This document shows, in pieces, positions 50,255 through 62,979 of a stretch of DNA of 64,000 nucleotides. Numbering within the stretch: position 1 is the stretch's first letter; each line of letters opens with the position of its first letter. The notes beneath the pieces were generated by a model. That model saw only the letters and a program-made list of their open reading frames with translations, searched no databases and had not been told where the DNA came from. The stretch is from the NCBI GenBank assembly GCA_963701135.1, contig OY969567.1, positions 1,537,847 through 1,601,846 on the forward strand. Reading direction: 5' to 3'. The position numbers were made by a program, and so were the translations under genes. This DNA comes from an uncultured Chloroflexia bacterium. GTDB lineage: Bacteria; Chloroflexota; Dehalococcoidia; DSTF01; JACRBR01.

Positions 50255-51091
50255 ATGACCACCGGCACCGCACCCACACCTTCGGTATCGATGAAGGCCC
50301 TCCTCGAAGCCGGCGTCCACTTCGGGCATCAGACCCGGCGCTGGGACCCGAGGATGAAGCCGTTCATCTTCACCGAACGCAACGGCATCCACATCATCGA
50401 CCTCCAGCAGACGGTACCGCTCCTGCAGGGCGCGATGAGCTTCGCGCGCTCCGTCGCCTCGCGCGGCGAGACGGTCCTGTTCGTCGGCACGAAGAAGCAG
50501 GCGCAGGATTCTGTCGAGGCCGAGGCCACGCGCTGCGGCATGCCCTACGTCACCAACCGCTGGCTCGGCGGCACGCTCACCAACTTCCAGACCATCGAGA
50601 GCCGGATCGACCGCCTCGTACGGCTGGAAGACCGCCGCGACCGCGGCGAGTTGAGCGTGTTGATCAAGAAGGAAGCCGGCAAGATCCTCGAAGAGATCGA
50701 GCGCATGAACCGCTACTTCGGCGGCATCAAGACCATGAAGCGCCTGCCCGCCGCGCTCTTCATCGTCGACCCGCCCATGGAGCGCATCGCCGTCACCGAG
50801 GCGATGCGCATGCGCATCCCGATCATCGCGATGTGCGACACCAACTGCAATCCGGACGAGATCGACTTCCCGATCCCCTCCAACGACGACGCGATCCGCG
50901 CCGTCAAGCTGATCGCCAGCCGCATCGCTGACGCCGCGCTCGAGGGCCGAAACCTGCAGGGCTACGCATCCGAAGCGGACGATACCGAGGGGCTCGATAT
51001 GACGTCGCTGGCGTCCGGCACCTTCTCGGCATCGCCCGACGACCCGGAGCCGCGGGCCGGCGACGCAGCCGCGCCGGCCCCCGAAGCCTGA
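50255..51091 (+). CDS. rpsB: 30S ribosomal protein S2
   Basis: [34 protein letters not shown]. Confidence 0.95.
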   Translation: MTTGTAPTPSVSMKALLEAGVHFGHQTRRWDPRMKPFIFTERNGIHIIDLQQTVPLLQGAMSFARSVASRGETVLFVGTKKQAQDSVEAEATRCGMPYVTNRWLGGTLTNFQTIESRIDRLVRLEDRRDRGELSVLIKKEAGKILEEIERMNRYFGGIKTMKRLPAALFIVDPPMERIAVTEAMRMRIPIIAMCDTNCNPDEIDFPIPSNDDAIRAVKLIASRIADAALEGRNLQGYASEADDTEGLDMTSLASGTFSASPDDPEPRAGDAAAPAPEA

Positions 51092-51111
51092 TTCAGAGAG
51101 GACGAGAAAAC

Positions 51112-52375
<1,264 letters not shown>

Positions 52376-52455
52376 CGACGGCCCGCCTCACGCGCCGGCC
52401 GGCCGGGTGCGTGCGGTACCATAAGGCCGCCCGGCCGGACAGAAGAGAGCAGAGG

Positions 52456-53013
52456 ATGATCGACGACACACTGCGGGACGCCGAACACCGGATGCAGAGC
52501 GCTGTCGGCGCGCTCGACCGCGACCTGGACACCGTGCGCACCGGCCGCGCCCGCCCGGCGCTCGTGGAGGGCCTGAAGGTCGAATACTACGGCACGCCGA
52601 CGCCCCTCAACCAGCTCGCGACGATCAACGCTCCCGAACCGCGGCTGATCACGATCCAGCCGTGGGACAAGACGCAGCTCGGCACGATCGAGAAGGCGAT
52701 CCAGAAGTCGGACCTGGGCCTGACGCCGACCAACGACGGCAACATCATCCGCCTCGTCATCCCTCCGCTGAACGAAGACCGGCGCAAGGAACTGGTGAAG
52801 GTCGTCCACAAGAAGGTCGAGGACGCACGCGTCGCCGTGCGCAACGTCCGCCGCGACTCGCTCGACCACCTGCGCAAGCTCCAGCACGACAAGACGATCT
52901 CGGACGACGACGAGCGCCGCGCGCAAGAGCGGCTGCAGAAGATCACCGATAAGTACGTAGCGGAAGTCGACAAGCACGGCCACACCAAAGAGCAGGAGTT
53001 GCTCGAGGTCTGA
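52456..53013 (+). CDS. frr: ribosome recycling factor
   Basis: ATG 52456. ...DLDTVRTGRARPALVEGLKVEYYG..TPLNQLATI...PLNEDRRKELVK. Confidence 0.95.
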   Translation: MIDDTLRDAEHRMQSAVGALDRDLDTVRTGRARPALVEGLKVEYYGTPTPLNQLATINAPEPRLITIQPWDKTQLGTIEKAIQKSDLGLTPTNDGNIIRLVIPPLNEDRRKELVKVVHKKVEDARVAVRNVRRDSLDHLRKLQHDKTISDDDERRAQERLQKITDKYVAEVDKHGHTKEQELLEV

Positions 53014-53096
53014 CCGCCGATCTTGATTCATCGGGCGGGCCCACGCGTCCGTCCGGTGCGGTTGGCGGTAGCCAGCCGCGCGGAACGTGGAAGAAC

Positions 53097-53913
53097 GTGC
53101 GACTACGTCAACGCCGTAAGACCAGCACCGGCGCCACCGCGCCTGAAGCGCATACCCCGCACGCCGAGCCTAAGCTGCGCGCGGTACGGGCCGCCGGCGC
53201 TGTCCCGCGCCACGTCGCCATCATCATGGACGGCAACGGACGCTGGGCGCAGGAGCGCGGCCTCTCGCGGCAGGCGGGGCACCGCGCCGGCACCGAGAAC
53301 ATCCGCCGCATCATCGAGACGTTCGGCGAACGCGGCGTCGAAGTCCTCACCCTCTACGCGTTCTCCACCGAGAACTGGACGCGCCCCCGCCGCGAGGTCA
53401 GCGCGCTGATGCGGCTGATCCCGCGCGTCATCACACGCGAGATCAAGACCCTGCACGAGAACGGCGTGCGGCTCGTGCACATCGGCAGCCTGGAGCCGCT
53501 GTCGCCTGAGGTCCGCAAGAAGGTCGAGCAGGCGATCGACCTGACGAAGGACAACGACCGAATGACCGTGGCCCTCGCCTTCAACTACGGCGGCCGCGCG
53601 GAGATCCTGGAAGCCGTCCGCCGCATCGTCGCAGACCGTGTGCCGCCGGTGCGCATCGACGAGGACGCTGTTCTCGTCGTACCTCTACACGGCGGAGATC
53701 GGCGACCCGGACCTCGTGATCCGCACCGCCGGCGAGATGCGGCTCTCCAACTTCCTGCTCTGGCAGTCCGCCTACGCCGAGTTCTACGCCACCCCGACGT
53801 ACTGGCCCGACTTCGACGAGACCGAGATCGAGCGCGCACTCGATGCCTACGCGCACCGCGAGCGGCGCTTCGGCGGCGTCGAGACCGCGAACGGTAAGAC
53901 GCCGCAACGGTGA
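53097..53913 (+). pseudogene. uppS: isoprenyl transferase (undecaprenyl diphosphate synthase), one frameshift (about 53667)
   Basis: PRHVAIIMDGNGRWA...LTLYAFSTENW.RP..EV in ORF 53097-53897. [40 protein letters not shown] in ORF 53638-53913. Deleting one g in gaggacgctg restores IDEDLFSSYLY. Confidence 0.85.
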
Positions 53914-53920
53914 GTGCGCG

Positions 53921-54718
53921 TTGCTAGCGCAGCGGGTCGCGAGCGCCGCCGTGGGCGTCCCGGCGATCCTCCTTCTGATCTACGCCGGAGGGATCTGGTA
54001 CACCGCCGCCGTAGCGGCGGCGTTAGCCGTCGCGACCGTCGAGTTTCAGCACGCGCGCCGCGACTGGCTCGATCCGGTGTGCATCCTCACCGGCGCGCTC
54101 GTCGCCGGCATCGCCGCCGGCGCCCGGGCAGGCACGGGCGTCTGGGCAGCGTGGCTCATCGCCGCGGCCGTCATCGCCCCGCTCGCCGCGATGGCCCGGC
54201 CCTCCGACCCCGAGGACGACCCGCGCGTCGACGCGCTCTGGACGCTCGGCGGCGTGACCTACGTCGGCTTCCTCGGCAGCTTCATCGTGCTGCTGCGCTA
54301 CATCGACTTCGACGCCCGAAGCTGGGTGTACCTGACGGTCCTGAGTACCTTCGCGGTCGATACCGGCGCCTATTTCACGGGCCGCGCCATCGGCCGCCAC
54401 AAGCTCGCCCCGACCATCAGCCCCAAGAAGACGGTCGAGGGCCTGGTCGGCGGCTACATGGCCGGGTTCGCCGCCGTCGTCCTCCTCGGGTACCTGTTCG
54501 ACCTCGGAGTCGCACCCGCGAAGATGGCCGCGCTCGGCCTGCTCCTGCCCGGCGTCGCCGCCGTCGGCGACCTGGCGGAGTCGGCGATCAAGCGGCTCGC
54601 CGGCATCAAGGACGCGAGCGAGCTGATCCCCGGCCACGGCGGCGTCCTCGACCGCCTGGACTCCATCCTGTTCACGTTCGCGCTGGTCTACCTCTTCACG
54701 CAATGGGTTGTGTACTGA
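53921..54718 (+). CDS. cdsA: phosphatidate cytidylyltransferase
   Basis: TTG 53921 (start uncertain). ...DTGAYFTGRAIGRHKLAPTISPKKTVEG...GDL.ES..KR..G.KD.S.LIPGHGG.LDR.DS. Confidence 0.85.
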   Translation: MLAQRVASAAVGVPAILLLIYAGGIWYTAAVAAALAVATVEFQHARRDWLDPVCILTGALVAGIAAGARAGTGVWAAWLIAAAVIAPLAAMARPSDPEDDPRVDALWTLGGVTYVGFLGSFIVLLRYIDFDARSWVYLTVLSTFAVDTGAYFTGRAIGRHKLAPTISPKKTVEGLVGGYMAGFAAVVLLGYLFDLGVAPAKMAALGLLLPGVAAVGDLAESAIKRLAGIKDASELIPGHGGVLDRLDSILFTFALVYLFTQWVVY

Positions 54719-54803
54719 CGGACTCGGCTTCCAGCATCCGCCGCCCGCATACTCGTTGCGGGGCCATAACACCGTAAACGGCGGCATATGGTACGGTGAT
54801 CCC

Positions 54804-56021
54804 ATGGCTGATCCCGCCAGGGGCGTCGCGATCCTCGGCTCAACCGGCTCGATCGGCCGCCAGACGCTCGACGTCATCCGCCGGCTTCCCGGCCAGTTCC
54901 GCGTCGTCGCCCTCGCCGGCGGCAGCAACCACACTCTCCTCGAAGACCAGTCCCGCGAGTTCCATCCTGACCTCGTCTGGTGCCAGGTGGCCGGCCGTCA
55001 CATGGACATCAAGGCGGCGTCCGGCCGCCGCGCCCGCTGGGCGACGATGGAGGAGATGGCCGTCCATCCCGACGTCGACGTCGTGGTCGTGGCCACGGCG
55101 GGTAACGCCGGCCTGGCGCCGACGCTCGCCGCCCTGCGCGCTGGCAAGGCCGTCGCGCTCGCCAACAAGGAAGTCCTCGTCATGGCCGGCCACGCCGTCA
55201 CGCGCGAGGCGGAGCGCGGCCACGGCGAGCTTCGGCCGGTCGACAGCGAGCACAGCGCCATCTGGCAGTGCCTCTGGGGCGAGGACGTGGCGGCCGTCGA
55301 GAAGCTCATCCTGACCGCTTCCGGCGGCGCCTTCCGCGACCTGCCGCTGCGCGACCTCGAGCGCGTCACCCCGCGCGAGGCGCTGCGCCACCCCACGTGG
55401 GACATGGGCCGCAAGATCACGATCGACTCCGCAACGCTCATGAACAAGGGCTTCGAGGCCATCGAGGCGCGCTGGCTCTTCAACGTGCCGATGGAGCGCG
55501 TCGAAGTCGTCATGCATCGCGAGAGCATCGTCCACTCGATGGTGGAGTTCGCCGACGGCAGCGTGAAGGCGCAGCTTGGCGAGCCGGACATGCGGCTGCC
55601 GATCCAGTGCGCGCTCAGCTATCCGGAACGCCTCGCCTGCGACGCGGTCCCGCGTCTGAACCTGGCGCGCGTCAAGGCGCTCCATTTCGACGAGCCGGAC
55701 TTCGGCCGCTACCCCGCCCTGCGGCTGGCGCTCGAGGCCGGCGCCAGGGGCGGCACGTGGCCCGCCGTGCTGGCCGCGGCCGATGAGGTGGCCGTCGACT
55801 CCTTCATCCAGGGGGCGATCGGCTTCAACGAAATAGCGCGCGTGGTCGATGCCGCCCTTTCGGCGCACGCCGGCAGCGCCGATCCTTCTCTCGAAGCGGT
55901 GCTGGAGGCCGATGCGTGGGCGCGCGAGTACGCCTCCGCGCACATTCGGGCGCCCGGCCGGCAGCGGTACGTCCGCGATGAGCCGTCGCGGCGCGAGTCC
56001 GCGTATTCAAGATTGAGCTAG
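54804..56021 (+). CDS. dxr: 1-deoxy-D-xylulose 5-phosphate reductoisomerase
   Basis: VAILGSTGSIGRQTLDV...LANKE...VDSEHSAIWQCL...LTASGGAFRD...HP.W.MG.KITIDSAT.MNKG.E.IEA. Confidence 0.95.
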   Translation: MADPARGVAILGSTGSIGRQTLDVIRRLPGQFRVVALAGGSNHTLLEDQSREFHPDLVWCQVAGRHMDIKAASGRRARWATMEEMAVHPDVDVVVVATAGNAGLAPTLAALRAGKAVALANKEVLVMAGHAVTREAERGHGELRPVDSEHSAIWQCLWGEDVAAVEKLILTASGGAFRDLPLRDLERVTPREALRHPTWDMGRKITIDSATLMNKGFEAIEARWLFNVPMERVEVVMHRESIVHSMVEFADGSVKAQLGEPDMRLPIQCALSYPERLACDAVPRLNLARVKALHFDEPDFGRYPALRLALEAGARGGTWPAVLAAADEVAVDSFIQGAIGFNEIARVVDAALSAHAGSADPSLEAVLEADAWAREYASAHIRAPGRQRYVRDEPSRRESAYSRLS

Positions 56022-56031
56022 ACGAGGCAAC

Positions 56032-57404
56032 GTGGACGTCCTGACGCACTCCATCCTGCCCTTCGTGGGCATCCTGCTCGGCCTCATCGTCGTGCACGAG
56101 GCCGGACATTATGTCACGGCCAAGATCTTCGGCGTGAAGGTGCTCGAAGCCGGCATCGGTTTCCCGCCGCGCGTCTGGGGCTTCCGCTGGCGCGACACCG
56201 ATTACACGATCAACGCCCTCCCGCTCGGCGCCTTCGTCCGCCTCCTCGGCGAAGAGGACCCGAGCGACCCCGAGAGCCTGGCCGCGCAGCCAAAGTGGAA
56301 GCGCACGGTGATCATCGGCGCCGGCGCGTTCATGAACCTGGTGCTCGCCGTCGCGCTCTTCACCGCCAGCCTGATGCTCCCGCGCAACGTGTCGGCGGGC
56401 GGCGCACAGATATCGAGCGTTGCGCCCAGCAGCCCGGCCGAGCAGGCCGGCCTGAAGCCCGGCGACCAGATCTACGAGATCAACGGCCGGCGCGCCGAGA
56501 GCACCACCGACGCCGCCTACCTCATCCGCCTGTACCAGGGCAGCACGATCGACATGACGGTAAAGCGCGCTGACCCGCGCACCGGCTCGGAGATACTTAC
56601 AAAGAGCGTGTACGCGCGCTGGAACCCGCAGCCGTACACCGACGAGTGCGGCGTCAAGCAGCCGACCGGCCCAACCGGGATCACCATCGGCACGCCGTTC
56701 GGACAGAGCGCGCCACGCACCGCCGCGGAGACCGCCGAGATCGAGAAGCAGAGCCGGGCTGACCTGGCGAAGTACCGCAAGGACATAGCGCCCGGCTCGC
56801 CGGCAAGCTGCTACGGCGGCGCGAAATTCGGCTTCGTGTCGCTGAGCACGGGGGCATGCGCGGGGCTCGAACCCGAAGCGCGAGCCGCCGCCGAGAGCCT
56901 GAAGTCCGAGCTCTTCCCGGAGTCGAGCGCTCCGTGCTACCAGTTCTCGCCCGGCTTGAAGTTCGAGCCGTTCGTGAAGTCGCGCAGCGAGCCGGTGTGG
57001 GAAGCTGTGCCACACTCCGTCCGCATGAGCTTCGAGTCGCTGATCCTGGCCCGAAACCAGCTGTGGAGCATGGTCCGCGGCTTCGGCTCATCGCCGGTCA
57101 CGGGCCCGGTGGGCATCGCCCAGGCGACGGGCGAGGTCGTGGACAACGCCGGCTGGAAGTCGCTGATCGACTTCGCGGCGCTCCTGAGCATGAACCTGGC
57201 GGTGCTGAACGTGCTGCCGATCCCCATGTTCGACGGCGGCAGGCTCGTATTCATCCTGATCGAGTTCCTCCGCCGCGGCCGCCGCATCGCGCCCGAAAAG
57301 GAGGCGCTGGTCCACCTGACGGGACTCGCCCTGATCCTCACCCTGTCCGTCGTGATAACCTACTTTGACATCCTTCGCATTTTCCATGGAGACAGCCTGC
57401 TGCG

Positions 57405-57408
<4 letters not shown>
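56032..57408 (+). CDS. rseP: RIP zinc metalloprotease RseP (M50) with PDZ domain
   Basis: GTG 56032. VVHEAGHYVTAK (HExxH), PDZ-like GLKPGDQIYEINGR, C-terminal NLAVLNVLPIPMFDGG. Confidence 0.85.
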
Positions 57409-58553
<1,145 letters not shown>

Positions 58554-58564
58554 GCAGCAGCGGC

Positions 58565-59014
58565 GTGCCGAGCACCTGCGAGATCTGCGACGGCCTCGCG
58601 CAACTCACGCCCGAAAATCCGTACTTCATCGCGGAGCTCGAGACAGGCTACGTCGTGCTCGCTGCCAACCAGCACATCCCCGGCTACACGCTCTTCCTCT
58701 GCAAGCATTGCGTGCCCGAACTCCACGACCTGCCGCGCGACACGCGATCACGCTTCCTCGATGAGATGTCGCAGGTGGCCGAGGCCGTGTTCCGCGCGTT
58801 CCAGCCGCGCAAGCTGAACTACGAGATGCTCGGCAACTCCGTGGCGCACCTGCACTGGCATCTGTTCCCCCGCTACGCCGACGACCCGAACCCGGCCTGG
58901 CCGGTGTGGAACAACGAGGAGTTCCTGAAGGTGCCGCGCCGGACCCCCATCGATCCCGCGGAACTGGCCGCCCGGCGCTCGAAGCTACAAAGCGCGCTGG
59001 CACAGAGCCGTTGA
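58565..59014 (+). CDS. HIT-family (histidine triad) protein
   Basis: N-terminal CEIC. Histidine triad HLHWHLFPR. Confidence 0.75.
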   Translation: MPSTCEICDGLAQLTPENPYFIAELETGYVVLAANQHIPGYTLFLCKHCVPELHDLPRDTRSRFLDEMSQVAEAVFRAFQPRKLNYEMLGNSVAHLHWHLFPRYADDPNPAWPVWNNEEFLKVPRRTPIDPAELAARRSKLQSALAQSR

Positions 59015-59104
59015 GGGCGAGGGACAGGCGCCGTTGTGTATCATTCGACTGCTATGGTCGCATCACGCAGGCCGAAACCCTCTCCCGAGCGCCGTCGTGA
59101 ATCG

Positions 59105-59305
59105 ATGGAAGAGAAGTTCCAACGCCTCATACGGGAACCGGTTGACGCTCCGGTCAAGATGACGCAACGCGAGGCACGTTACTTCGCCCGGAGGCTCTGG
59201 GAGACCGGCGATCCGAAGAATCCGTCCGGCGAACAAGTCCTGCGTGACTTCTACGGCGCGTGCGCGTGTGACGAGTGCGCGGCAGCGGAGCCAGGCGCGC
59301 GTTGA
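59105..59305 (+). CDS. putative antitoxin partner of the PIN toxin (non-canonical, 66 aa)
   Basis: ATG 59105. Stop TGA 59303-59305 overlaps the TTG start of the PIN gene (TTGA). No RHH/AbrB/Phd motif recognised. C-terminal CACDEC. Confidence 0.4.
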   Translation: MEEKFQRLIREPVDAPVKMTQREARYFARRLWETGDPKNPSGEQVLRDFYGACACDECAAAEPGAR

Positions 59306-59688
59306 GGTACCACCTCGACACGACGTTCCTTATCGACTGGCACCGCCGGGACGCGCGGATCATCCCGCTCCTCGACGAAGTCCTCGCGGGACTGCACGAG
59401 GTCTCCGTTGATCCCATCATCGAAACCGAATACTTTGCGGCGGCGCGTATAAACCGTGCCAAACGGTTGATCTTCGAGACGGCGCTGTCGCTCGGTTCCT
59501 CCATCCCCATCACGTCGGAGGCTTCCCGCATTGCCGGAGCTTGGCTTGCACCGATGGACCAGCCAAAGAGACTCGCGCATTTCGCCGACGCCCTCATCGC
59601 CGCAACGGCTTCGGCCGCGGGCGCCATACTGGTCACCGGAGATCGGCGCATAGCGCGCGTGTTTCCGGTCGCGGTGTTCGAGTACTAA
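59302..59688 (+). CDS. vapC: PIN-domain ribonuclease toxin (VapC-like)
   Basis: YHLDTTFLID (first acidic residue), ...IIETEY..., ...FADALIAATA..., ...ILVTGD, giving the four conserved acidic positions. 128 aa. Confidence 0.75.
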   Translation: MRYHLDTTFLIDWHRRDARIIPLLDEVLAGLHEVSVDPIIETEYFAAARINRAKRLIFETALSLGSSIPITSEASRIAGAWLAPMDQPKRLAHFADALIAATASAAGAILVTGDRRIARVFPVAVFEY

Positions 59689-59695
59689 CGACGCC

Positions 59696-60625
59696 ATGAC
59701 GGCCAGAAAGCGCGCCTCCACCACCGAACTCTCGCGCCTCACCGTGCTCGCCGCGGGCGACGAGCGCGCGTTTGCCGCGTACGCCGCCGAATTGCTGCGC
59801 TCCGGCGACCGGCTCGGCCGCGAGGCCGCGCTCGCGGCGCTGCTCGAACGGCCGCTGCCATCGATGCGCGAGCCGCTCCGCGAGCTCTACTTCGAGCTCG
59901 CGGCCGATGGCCTCAAGCGCGACCAGGGCGCGACGCTGCGCATCGGCATCGTCCGCATCCTCGCCGAGCTCGGCGACGTGCGCGATCGCGATATCGCGAT
60001 CGACGCCGCGAGCGCCTTTGAGAGCGTGTTCGACGACGACCTCACGTGGACGCTCCGCGTCCACGGCCTGCGACTGGTCGCCGATCTCGACGCCAATCTC
60101 TTCCCGTACTACGCCGTCGAGCATCTCGACGACAACACCGGCATCGGCGGCGAACCCGCGAACACGGCCTTCCAGCTCCTCGCCGGCACGGGCAACTACG
60201 TGCCGGTCTACCAGTGGCTGCTCGAAGGCGACCGCCACCCGCCGCTGGTGGCCGGAGCGTTTGAGCTGCTCACCGGCGGCCCGCGCGACATCGTGCAGCG
60301 TTACGCGGCGCAGGCGATGGAGCTGGCCGTCCGGCGCGCCGACGAGGCGCTCGCGACGGTGCTCGCCGAGGCCATCGTCAACCTGGAGCTGGAGGCCAGC
60401 TACAACGCACTCTCCGGTCTGATGGCGGCGAAGCTCTCCGACGAGCTGTACAACTACCTCGCGGTGCTGCTCGCCGGAACGAACCGGCCGCCGCTGCTCG
60501 CGATCCTGGAGCACGAGTTGCACCGCGGCCGTCGCCCCCGCATCATTGCCGAGGCGCTGCGCATCCGCACGACGCCGGAGCAGGCCGCGATCCTGCGCCG
60601 CTGGGAAGAGGGCGACGACGAGTGA
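59696..60625 (+). CDS. hypothetical all-helical (HEAT/ARM-like repeat) protein
   Basis: 309-aa ORF with high GC3 and a Leu/Ala-rich repeated helical pattern. Family not recognised. Confidence 0.5.
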   Translation: MTARKRASTTELSRLTVLAAGDERAFAAYAAELLRSGDRLGREAALAALLERPLPSMREPLRELYFELAADGLKRDQGATLRIGIVRILAELGDVRDRDIAIDAASAFESVFDDDLTWTLRVHGLRLVADLDANLFPYYAVEHLDDNTGIGGEPANTAFQLLAGTGNYVPVYQWLLEGDRHPPLVAGAFELLTGGPRDIVQRYAAQAMELAVRRADEALATVLAEAIVNLELEASYNALSGLMAAKLSDELYNYLAVLLAGTNRPPLLAILEHELHRGRRPRIIAEALRIRTTPEQAAILRRWEEGDDE

Positions 60626-61437
60626 CGAACGAGTACATCGATGCCAACCGCAAGCACTGGGACGAGGTCGTGCCGATCCACGTGGCATCGGAGTTCTACG
60701 ACGTCGCGAGCTTCAAAGCCGGCGAATCGAAACTCAAGCCTGTGGAGCTGGCCGAGATGAGCGACGTGCGCGGCAAGACCCTCCTGCACCTCCAATGCCA
60801 TTTCGGCCTCGATACCCTCTCGTGGGCGCGACAAGGTGCGGTCGTCACGGGCGCCGACTTCTCGCCGACGGCCATCGAGACGGCGCGCGCCCTCGCCGCC
60901 GAGGTCGCGCTCGATGCCCGCTTCGTCTGCTCGAACATCTATGACCTGCCGCAAAACCTCGAGGGCCGCTTCGACATCGTCTTCACGTCGTACGGCGTGC
61001 TCTGCTGGCTGCCGGATCTGCCGCGCTGGGCGCGCGTCGCGGCGCACTTCGTAAAGCCCGGCGGCACGTTCTACATCGCGGAGTTTCATCCCTTCGCTTC
61101 GGTGTTTGACGATGCACCGGGCGTCACCGACCTGCATGTCCGCTACCCGTACTTCCCTAGCGACGAGCCGCTTGTCTTTGACGGCGTCGGTACCTACACG
61201 GATGGCTCGGTACCGCTCGTCAACGGGCGGACGTACGAGTTCCAGCGCCCCGTGAGCGACGTGGTGACGGCGCTGATCGATGCCGGCCTGCGCATCGATC
61301 ACCTGCACGAGTTCCCGTTCAGCACCTCCCAGTTCCTGCCCTTCACCGAACCGCAGCCCGACGGCACGGTGCGCCTGACCAAACACGACGGCTGCGTGCC
61401 GCTGCTGTACTCCATCAAGGCGACGAAGCCCGCGTAG
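60622..61437 (+). CDS. class I SAM-dependent methyltransferase
   Basis: GTGA overlap with the upstream stop. ...[32 protein letters not shown]...[14 protein letters not shown]....A.....LKPGG.F. Confidence 0.7.
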   Translation: MTNEYIDANRKHWDEVVPIHVASEFYDVASFKAGESKLKPVELAEMSDVRGKTLLHLQCHFGLDTLSWARQGAVVTGADFSPTAIETARALAAEVALDARFVCSNIYDLPQNLEGRFDIVFTSYGVLCWLPDLPRWARVAAHFVKPGGTFYIAEFHPFASVFDDAPGVTDLHVRYPYFPSDEPLVFDGVGTYTDGSVPLVNGRTYEFQRPVSDVVTALIDAGLRIDHLHEFPFSTSQFLPFTEPQPDGTVRLTKHDGCVPLLYSIKATKPA

Positions 61438-61438
61438 C

Positions 61439-61455
61439 CCTCCTCTAACCTCCAC
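61439..61455. repeat. short copy (2-3 units) of the CCTCYAA heptamer family
   Basis: cctctaacctccac (61442-61455) is identical to 824-837. Confidence 0.7.
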
Positions 61456-61480
61456 GCAACCAGCCCAGTACACTGGCGGC

Positions 61481-62979
61481 ATGGCGACGTACGTCCTCGC
61501 GCTCGACCAGGGCACCTCCAGCTCGCGCGCGATCCTCTTCGACCACGCGGGCGCGCCCGTCGCCCAGGCATCGCGCGAGTTCCCGCAGATCTACCCGCAA
61601 CCCGGCTGGGTGTCGCACGACCCGGAGGCGATCTGGTCGTCGCAGCTCGAGGCCGCCGGCGACGTGCTCGCACGGACGGCGACCGCCGCCGGCGACATCG
61701 CCGCGATCGGCATCACGAACCAGCGCGAGACGACGATCGTCTGGGAGCGCGCCAGCGGCCGCGCCATCAACGACGCCGTCGTCTGGCAGTGCCGGCGCAC
61801 CGCCGGCATCTGCGAGGAGCTGCGCGCCCGCGGCCTCGAACCCGAGGTGCGCGCGCGCACGGGCCTGCTCATCGACGCCTACTTCTCCGGCACGAAGGTG
61901 CGCTGGCTGCTCGACAACTCCGGTGCCGGCATGCAGCAGCGCGCCGAGGCCGGCGAGCTCGCCTTCGGCACGGTCGACTCGTGGCTGATCCACAAGCTCA
62001 CCGGCGGCCGCGCGCACGTCATCGACGCCACGAACGCCTCGCGCACCATGCTCTACAACCTGCGCGACGGCGCCTGGGACGAGCGCATGCTCGCCGAACT
62101 GCGCATCCCGGCCGCGATGCTGCCGCAGCGTGGTCGACAGCAGCGGCGTCATCGCCGAGACCGACCCGGCGATCTTCGGCCGCGCCGATCCCGATCGCGG
62201 GCATCGCGGGCGACCAGCAGGCCGCGCTCTTCGGCCAGGGCTGCTTCGCGCCGGGCGATGCCAAGAACACCTACGGCACCGGCTGTTTCATCCTGCAGCA
62301 CACCGGCGACCGGCCCGTGTTCTCGGAGCACGGGCTGCTGACGACCGTCGCGTCGCGCATCGCCGGACGCCAGCAGTTCGCCGTCGAAGGCAGCATCTTC
62401 ATCGCCGGCGCGGCGGTGCAGTGGCTGCGCGACGGCCTCGGCATCATCAAGACGCGTCGACGAGAGCGAGGCGCTCGCCGCGCTCCGTCGACATCGAGCG
62501 ACGGCGTCTACGTCGTGCCGGCGTTCGCCGGGCTGGGCGCGCCGCACTGGGACATGTACGCGCGCGGCACGATCGTCGGCATCACGCGCGGCACGACCGC
62601 CGCGCACATCACGCGCGCGACGCTCGAATCGATCGCGCTCCAGACGCTCGACGTCGTCGAGCTGATGGAGCGCGAGAGCGGGGCGGCGATGCCGGAGTTG
62701 CGCGTCGACGGCGGCGCCGTCGCCAACGACCTGCTCATGCAGATCCAGGCCGACGTGCTGCAGCGCCCCGTCGTGCGCTGCGCCACGGCCGAGACGACGG
62801 CGCTCGGCGCGGCGTACCTGGCCGGGCTGGCGGTCGGCTTCTGGAAGGACCAGGACGAGATCGGCCGCATCTGGCGCTCCGGCGGCGTCTTCGAGCCGAA
62901 GATGCCCGCCGGCGAGCGCGACGCGCTCGTCGCCGGCTGGCGGCGCGCCGTCGAGCGCGCGAAGGGCTGGGCTACGTGA
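61481..62979 (+). pseudogene. glpK: glycerol kinase, about four frameshifts (about 62129, 62181, 62453, 62490)
   Basis: [18 protein letters not shown]...[12 protein letters not shown]...[14 protein letters not shown] in ORF 61481-62341. [17 protein letters not shown] in the ORF 62130 frame. [18 protein letters not shown]...GTGCF...[13 protein letters not shown]...RVDGGAV.N..LMQ.QAD in ORF 61789-62979, with a short out-of-frame patch ([15 protein letters not shown], which reads [10 protein letters not shown] in another frame). Confidence 0.85.
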
